IMG/VR virus record: IMGVR_UViG_3300034101_000324
Location: 1-62,649 of that record
Length of the DNA: 62,649 bases
DNA from: a virus
Taxonomy: Duplodnaviria; Caudoviricetes
Reading direction: 5' to 3' (one strand)
This document shows positions 57,541 through 62,649 of the stretch, in pieces. Both the position numbers and the translations under genes were made by a program. The notes beneath the pieces are model-generated. The model saw nothing but the letters and a program-made list of their open reading frames with translations, did no database searches and had not been told where the DNA came from. The first letter of the stretch is position 1. Each line of letters opens with the position of its first letter.

Positions 57541-57939
57541 TTACTCCCTACTGGTTGCTTTACGTACTGATACACCATACTCCCGCATCACGTTGACCCC
57601 CGGCGGGAGACCATCGCCCTCAATCTCTTTCAAGTGTTCTCTGAAATTTGATTGGTGAATGCGGCGCTCTAACAACTGAACTGCTTCATTATCTAGAACA
57701 TACTTGTAGAAGTTGTCCCAGTCTTGGCAGAAGAAACGCTCGTTCAATTTACGCATGACTGTGCCATGCGCGGTCTTGATACTGTCAGCGTTAACTGTGT
57801 TGCAGATATCAAGCAATGACTTTTCTAACAAAGCCATTTCATCCTGCAACTTCTTATCTTCCGCTTCGTACTGCGTAAGCAACTTCTCACGTGCGTTACG
57901 TAGATTGATATACGCTTCGACTAACTCTTCTGTATTCAC
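57541..57939 (-). CDS. Conserved replication-module protein
   Basis: YINLRN coiled coil; SIKTAHGT; DWDNF; LLERRI; PPGVN. Confidence 0.75.
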   Translation of the reverse strand: MNTEELVEAYINLRNAREKLLTQYEAEDKKLQDEMALLEKSLLDICNTVNADSIKTAHGTVMRKLNERFFCQDWDNFYKYVLDNEAVQLLERRIHQSNFREHLKEIEGDGLPPGVNVMREYGVSVRKATSRE

Positions 57940-59531
57940 TGTACCTCCACTTCATCCAACTCTTGTTTGTACAGATCTACTATCCTTTGATGACTGTCTA
58001 CCTTTCCTTGCAGCATCGTATACATCTTCTTCTCAACCTCAGAACCTTGAAGGTGAACCACCGTCATAGCGTTCTTCTGGCCTACACGTTCGATGCGTCC
58101 AATACACTGCAAATATGTCTCAACACTCATCACAGGCGACCAGAACACAATCGTATCGGCAGCGGTCAAAGTAATACCGTGTGCCGCAGACTGTGGCTGA
58201 ATCACTAACACTCTTGGATCAGGTAGTTTCTGAAACTGATCAATAATTGTTGATCGTTCCTTCGCGCCAACCGAGCCTTGAATCACTGCATTCGTCACGC
58301 CTTCCTTGTCGAGGAACTTCGTGAGAACGTCGATAGTATGCAGGTACGGAACGAATACTACAACCTTATTTGTAGTTTCATCTAAAACTTCTTGCAAGGC
58401 GTTTAAGCGCGGCTTGATGTCGAACTCCACTACTTGCTGTTTGTCCGTATACACTGCACCGCCGCTGATCTGTAATAGTTTCTGTAACGACGCCGCTGCG
58501 TTGACAGCAGAGATCTGCGCTCCGGCTGCTTCTATCAGCAGTTGTTTCTTTAACTCGTTGTAATACTTAGCAACTTGCGGAGTAAGCGGCACAATGCGTG
58601 TCTGATAAGTAAGTTCTGGCAGATCAAGACACTCTTTCTTTGTGTATCTAACCGCAGGTTGTAGCGCGTAAAACACATCTTCCTTATAGGTGTATTTTGG
58701 AAGCCACTTAAATCGGCTCACCGGATACATGACCTTGTCGCGCCAAGCAGTCGTGAACTTCGGAACTCGCCCCGGACTAACCAACTTAGCCAGACCAAAC
58801 GCATCCAACGGTGACTGCGATGCCGGTGTGCCAGTCATCATCCAGAGCCACGTGGTTGGCTCAATCATCTTAGCAAGATTCTTCCAACGCTTTGTGTTGA
58901 CGGTCTTGTATGCGTTAGCCTCGTCAACGATGATCAAGTCAAACTTCGCTTGTTGAAGTTCTGGCAGAACAACGCCTGTGCCGTCGTAGTTGATGATCGT
59001 AAAATCGTAGTTCTCGCTTAATACTTTCTTACGCTTTGACGCAGAGCCATGTGCGACACCGCACGTTCTGTGAATTGCAGTTCTGAAGATGTCTGCTTGC
59101 CATGCCGAATACATGATCGACAAAGGGCAGATAACTAGCACCTTCTTAATTAACCTCTGCTTCATCAAGTAGTCAGCCGCCCAGATAGCAGCCGAGGTCT
59201 TGCCTGTCCCTGCCTCGTTGAAGCAGAACGCTCGCTGACGTAGCGAGAGGAATGACGCCGTATCACGTTGGTGATCAAACGGTTTGTAGATCCCCGGCCA
59301 GTCGTAGTCCTTCAAAATGGGCGATGGGATCTTAGGCAGCGTCACGTTAGGCTGCATCTCATCAAGTATGGTGGCAGCGATTCGCGCCTCGTTGTGACCC
59401 CAGTACAGAATCAATTCTTTAGCGTCTGCCCAGACGTTCGTGACTTCGCATTTCTCAACGCTCTGGTAGATTGTGTCTGCTAATTTTGCAGGAATACTGA
59501 ACTTTAACGCTGTGTCTTCGACTATCTGCAT
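57936..59531 (-). CDS. SNF2-family helicase
   Basis: EAGTGKT, IVDEA, MTGTP, HGITLT, QCIGRIER. Confidence 0.92.
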   Translation of the reverse strand: MQIVEDTALKFSIPAKLADTIYQSVEKCEVTNVWADAKELILYWGHNEARIAATILDEMQPNVTLPKIPSPILKDYDWPGIYKPFDHQRDTASFLSLRQRAFCFNEAGTGKTSAAIWAADYLMKQRLIKKVLVICPLSIMYSAWQADIFRTAIHRTCGVAHGSASKRKKVLSENYDFTIINYDGTGVVLPELQQAKFDLIIVDEANAYKTVNTKRWKNLAKMIEPTTWLWMMTGTPASQSPLDAFGLAKLVSPGRVPKFTTAWRDKVMYPVSRFKWLPKYTYKEDVFYALQPAVRYTKKECLDLPELTYQTRIVPLTPQVAKYYNELKKQLLIEAAGAQISAVNAAASLQKLLQISGGAVYTDKQQVVEFDIKPRLNALQEVLDETTNKVVVFVPYLHTIDVLTKFLDKEGVTNAVIQGSVGAKERSTIIDQFQKLPDPRVLVIQPQSAAHGITLTAADTIVFWSPVMSVETYLQCIGRIERVGQKNAMTVVHLQGSEVEKKMYTMLQGKVDSHQRIVDLYKQELDEVEVQ

Positions 59532-59539
59532 AACTAAAC

Positions 59540-59710
59540 CTACTTGGATTTACGCAGCAGCAATGCCGCGATCAGGAAAGACTGGATAACTATGATAGCC
59601 GGAGTAAGAACGACGAAGAGGTATACATTGATTTCCTCATAGGTCATCCCAAGCTGGGCGGCCCAGTACTCTAGGAAGTCAACGCACCAGTAAAAAACTG
59701 CATCAATCAT
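59540..59710 (-). CDS. 56-aa membrane protein (not in ORF track)
   Basis: GGAG SD; ...LGMTYEEINVYLFVVLTPAII... Confidence 0.65.
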   Translation of the reverse strand: MIDAVFYWCVDFLEYWAAQLGMTYEEINVYLFVVLTPAIIVIQSFLIAALLLRKSK

Positions 59711-59880
59711 ATTTACTCCAAAAAGCCCGTCACGTGGGCCAGACGGTTAACGCTCAAGGTGGAGGCTGTACTGATTTAGGTAGTACGCTTGGGCTTGCCG
59801 TTAACTGACGTGGTTTGCGGTGTCATGGATGGGTAGTCCGCCGCAGGTCGCCCTTACTCTCACACTCACGCCTTATGGAG

Positions 59881-60162
59881 TTACTTAATCGAACCGTCTG
59901 GGTTACGACGGAACGACCGATTCCTTTTTACAGACTGAATCGTGTAACCATCTTTGTTGGTTCCACCTTTCGATAACGCTTTCTTGTGAGCAATATCCTT
60001 GCCTTCACGACGATCAGCCTTACCGTTACCGTTCTTATCCGCGCCGGTCTTGTCTACCTTGCGACGTGCGCGTTGACGCTCCATGCGATCAGGATGCTCC
60101 TCGCGCTTTTTCTGCATTTGATATTCGTGCTTGTACGGTCTGGGTTTATTCACGTACGGCAT
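59881..60162 (-). CDS. HNH-like small basic protein
   Basis: GKDIAHKKALSKGG...NRS. Confidence 0.7.
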   Translation of the reverse strand: MPYVNKPRPYKHEYQMQKKREEHPDRMERQRARRKVDKTGADKNGNGKADRREGKDIAHKKALSKGGTNKDGYTIQSVKRNRSFRRNPDGSIK

Positions 60163-60163
60163 T

Positions 60164-60817
60164 TCATTTCTCCCGGTAGAACCTGCAAGTATTTACTGGA
60201 CACCATCCGCACAAACCTGTCGGCATCGGAGGCCATGAGTCATTCTCATACGCCAATCTTAACCGCTCAAGACTCGGTGTGAACTCTGCCCACAATCTGC
60301 CGATGTCGCTACGTTCGTACTCTTCTGGCACGAACACATTCTTGGTGATGAACAACAACCCTGCTTTGATACTGACAATGTCAGGAAAGTGGGCATAAGC
60401 CATCAACGCCATCAACTTCAACTGCTTCGGGTCAGCGTACTTATTACTACCTGTCTTGTAATCCACAATGTATGCGGACTTGCCGTCAACAATCAAGAGG
60501 TCGACAACACCGCGCACCCATCTTTTTTCATCCCCAAAATCGCACGGTATTTTGTCATGGGACAGCGCCATCTTATGTTCGGGATAGCGTGTACCTTGTA
60601 TTTCCATCAGCGCATCTAGAGGGCCCTGAAATCTCTGGTAGTTCTTAGCTAATGGAGTTCCATCCCTTACGTAGTCTTCCAAAGCCTTGTGGACTTCGGT
60701 TCCGTAGAGCATCTGCTCGGTGGCTTTCTTCTCGTAGTCCTGCTTTACCTTTAGGTGGTAATACTGCTTCGGACAGTTCGTGAATTCCTTGAGACTACTA
60801 TATGACCAAGTAAACAC
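60164..60817 (-). CDS. PD-(D/E)XK exonuclease (RecB/Cas4-like)
   Basis: SYSSL...CPKQY, VDLL, VDYKTG, QL, CGWCP...C. Confidence 0.9.
   Translation of the reverse strand: MFTWSYSSLKEFTNCPKQYYHLKVKQDYEKKATEQMLYGTEVHKALEDYVRDGTPLAKNYQRFQGPLDALMEIQGTRYPEHKMALSHDKIPCDFGDEKRWVRGVVDLLIVDGKSAYIVDYKTGSNKYADPKQLKLMALMAYAHFPDIVSIKAGLLFITKNVFVPEEYERSDIGRLWAEFTPSLERLRLAYENDSWPPMPTGLCGWCPVNTCRFYREK
60370..60386. promoter_or_regulatory. Palindrome variant, 1 mismatch (TACTGACAATGTCAGGA)
   Basis: Intragenic; the only close copy I found outside 6.9-15.2 kb. Confidence 0.5.
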
Positions 60818-61005
60818 TACAACCCCAACTCTTGTAACTTCTTACGTATGGCGGCTACTTCGCGCCATGTCCCTGCGTAGTTCTGAGAAAGCGTCTTCGC
60901 ATATATCTGTAAAGAGCGCACCTCTTCACGCAGTGCCTCAATCTCTGTGGGAGGGTCGGGTATGTCCCAGTCCTCATCAGTTACAGTCTCCGTAGGATCT
61001 TCCAT
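60817..61005 (-). CDS. Small coiled-coil protein
   Basis: GAGG SD before ATG 61005. Confidence 0.6.
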   Translation of the reverse strand: MEDPTETVTDEDWDIPDPPTEIEALREEVRSLQIYAKTLSQNYAGTWREVAAIRKKLQELGL

Positions 61006-62522
61006 ACTTCGCCTCACACGCTACTGGTAGCCCAACCGCCCACTTGGGAGGAGTAGACATTACTTGTGTTATGAACGCAAGTGCTTCTTCGATATCGTTT
61101 TCTGGCACGATCACAACCGCTGCGTCATGCACGGTCAGCACTGGCCGATACCTTTCTTTGACCGTAAGCATCTGCTCGCCCACGATAATTCTGGCTAGTG
61201 CTTGCACTACGTTCTCAACAACCGACCCACCCCACAGAGTCACCACACCTTTGCGGGACTTGTAAGCAATCTTGTTGTCCTCGTTCATGTGTAGGCCGGG
61301 GTATCGGATATACAAATCATTAGGGAGTTTGATACCGATCCGGTTCACACGCAGTGCGTCATGCTCGCCCAACGAATACTCCATCATCTCAGCATCGTCC
61401 CATCTGAGGATGTCTTTGACAGCGTTGTTGGCCGCAGTCCAAAGTTTAGGAATCTTGTCGTTGGTATCCCGATACAGATCGACTATGCCCTTGCAGGTGT
61501 CTTCGTCCAGATCAGCACCGGGCGGCTGCGTCTTTAATGTATGACGCAGTTTGGCAGCACCTGTGCCGTAACCCAGTCCAAGAATGCAGGTCTTGCCCAC
61601 GAACCTTTCAACTGGATCTTTCTTACTGATCGGACGCTCGTAGATCTTGCTGGCGAATACGCTGTACACGTCCTCGCCTTTCTTAAACTGCTCGACCAAA
61701 TCATCCTGACCTGCAAGCCACGCCAGCACACGCGCCTCAATCTGTGAACTGTCACAATTAATAACCAAGTGCCCATCGGGAGCTACGACCGACTTCTTCA
61801 GTGCTTTCTTCTGGGCATCACGGCTTGGCAGATTCTGAAAATTAACCGCATCCGAACCCGCCCAACGACCTGTATGAGCGCCGTAATATTTAAGCGGGAT
61901 AGGAAGCCGGCCACGATTCCGAGAGCCAATACCAATAAATCGCTCAATGCGTGACTCCTCTATCGTGGACTTAGTACCCAGACGAACCGCGCAAAGTTGC
62001 TGCACGACAGGGTCTTCGTGATTCTGAAGTTCGATGAACCCCACATCGTTCTTGGCGAGAGCAAACGTCTCCTTACCTGTCGTTAAAGATTTCTTCATCG
62101 GAACGTCTATGCCCAAATCTTTCAACACGGCAGCAAACTGCGGGTTGCTCGCCAACTTTTTACGCACTTCCTCCTCGTCACCCACTTGCAGGGTGTCCAT
62201 CAGCCCACGCAACAAAGTGCTCTTCTCCTGCTTGATCTCGTCAAGTCGGTCACGGAGCAGTGTGGGGTTCACACGGAGTACGGGCTGCGTATACATCCGC
62301 AGCGTCATGTCGATCAGATCTAGTTCTTTTTGCGGGAAATATTCAGCCATTATCGCATTGAACAACTTAAAGGTCAGTTCAACATCGTTTATGCAATATC
62401 CTGCATACCGGGCAAGTTCTTCAGCCGTAAAGTCTTTACGGTGCTTGTTGGCTGCGTTACTAACCTCTGTACCTTTCTTACCCAACGCATACCTTTCGAC
62501 AAGCGCAGATAATGATCCACCG
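60977..62522 (-). CDS. polA: DNA polymerase family A, main part (5' end at 323 across the origin)
   Basis: HTGRW; motif A DSSQIEAR; motif B RFVGKTCILGLGYG; motif C TVHD. Confidence 0.95.
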
Positions 62523-62649
62523 GCATCAACACCGTGAATGGCTCGCGCCATGCAAAGGGTATCGAAGTAATAGGCAGGGGTGATGTCAAAGATGAACGAA
62601 AGAATTCCACCGTCGAACTGTGCGTTATGACAGAGCAGGGCTGACGTAC
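62523..62649. repeat. Second copy of the 127-bp terminal overlap
   Basis: Identical to 1-127. Confidence 0.95.

Noticed and set aside
60164-60817. cas4 as part of a CRISPR system
   Set aside because: It is a stand-alone phage exonuclease in a replication cluster.
1-62649. tRNA genes, integrase, RNA polymerase, tape measure, spanins, stop-codon recoding
   Set aside because: None was recognised by eye, and genes read intact in the standard code. tRNAscan and HMM searches are needed to confirm absence.

Overview
This window is an apparently complete, circularly assembled genome (62,522 bp plus a 127-bp end overlap) of a tailed dsDNA phage, probably podovirus-like. It has a P22-type portal, a Mu gpT-like capsid protein and large internal virion proteins. 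I found no tape measure, tail tube, integrase or RNA polymerase gene. The layout is bipartite. A + strand morphogenesis and lysis arm runs from 15.5 to 53.3 kb. A - strand early and replication arm starts near 15.2 kb, runs leftward through a DUF3150/AAA/metallopeptidase-vWA module, a VRR-NUC nuclease and glycosyl/methyltransferases, crosses the assembly origin in a family A DNA polymerase, and continues through a PD-(D/E)XK nuclease, SNF2 helicase, SSB-like gene and primase-helicase. The most striking unexplained structure is in the early region. (1) A 17-bp palindrome, TCCTGAC-RNY-GTCAGGA, occurs in 12 exact-arm copies within 6,968-15,181, plus 2 single-mismatch copies. Copies sit downstream of three consensus sigma70 promoters, at gene junctions and inside genes, and the core matches the matS core. 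(2) A roughly 600-nt, highly base-paired, ORF-free RNA is predicted from one of those promoters and is punctuated by the palindromes. (3) A 12-aa micropeptide ending in a sliding-clamp-like motif (QLEFPF) has its own Shine-Dalgarno sequence. (4) An IHF-site and iteron-rich locus may be an origin or genome end. All protein calls come from motif recognition by eye; no database searches were run.
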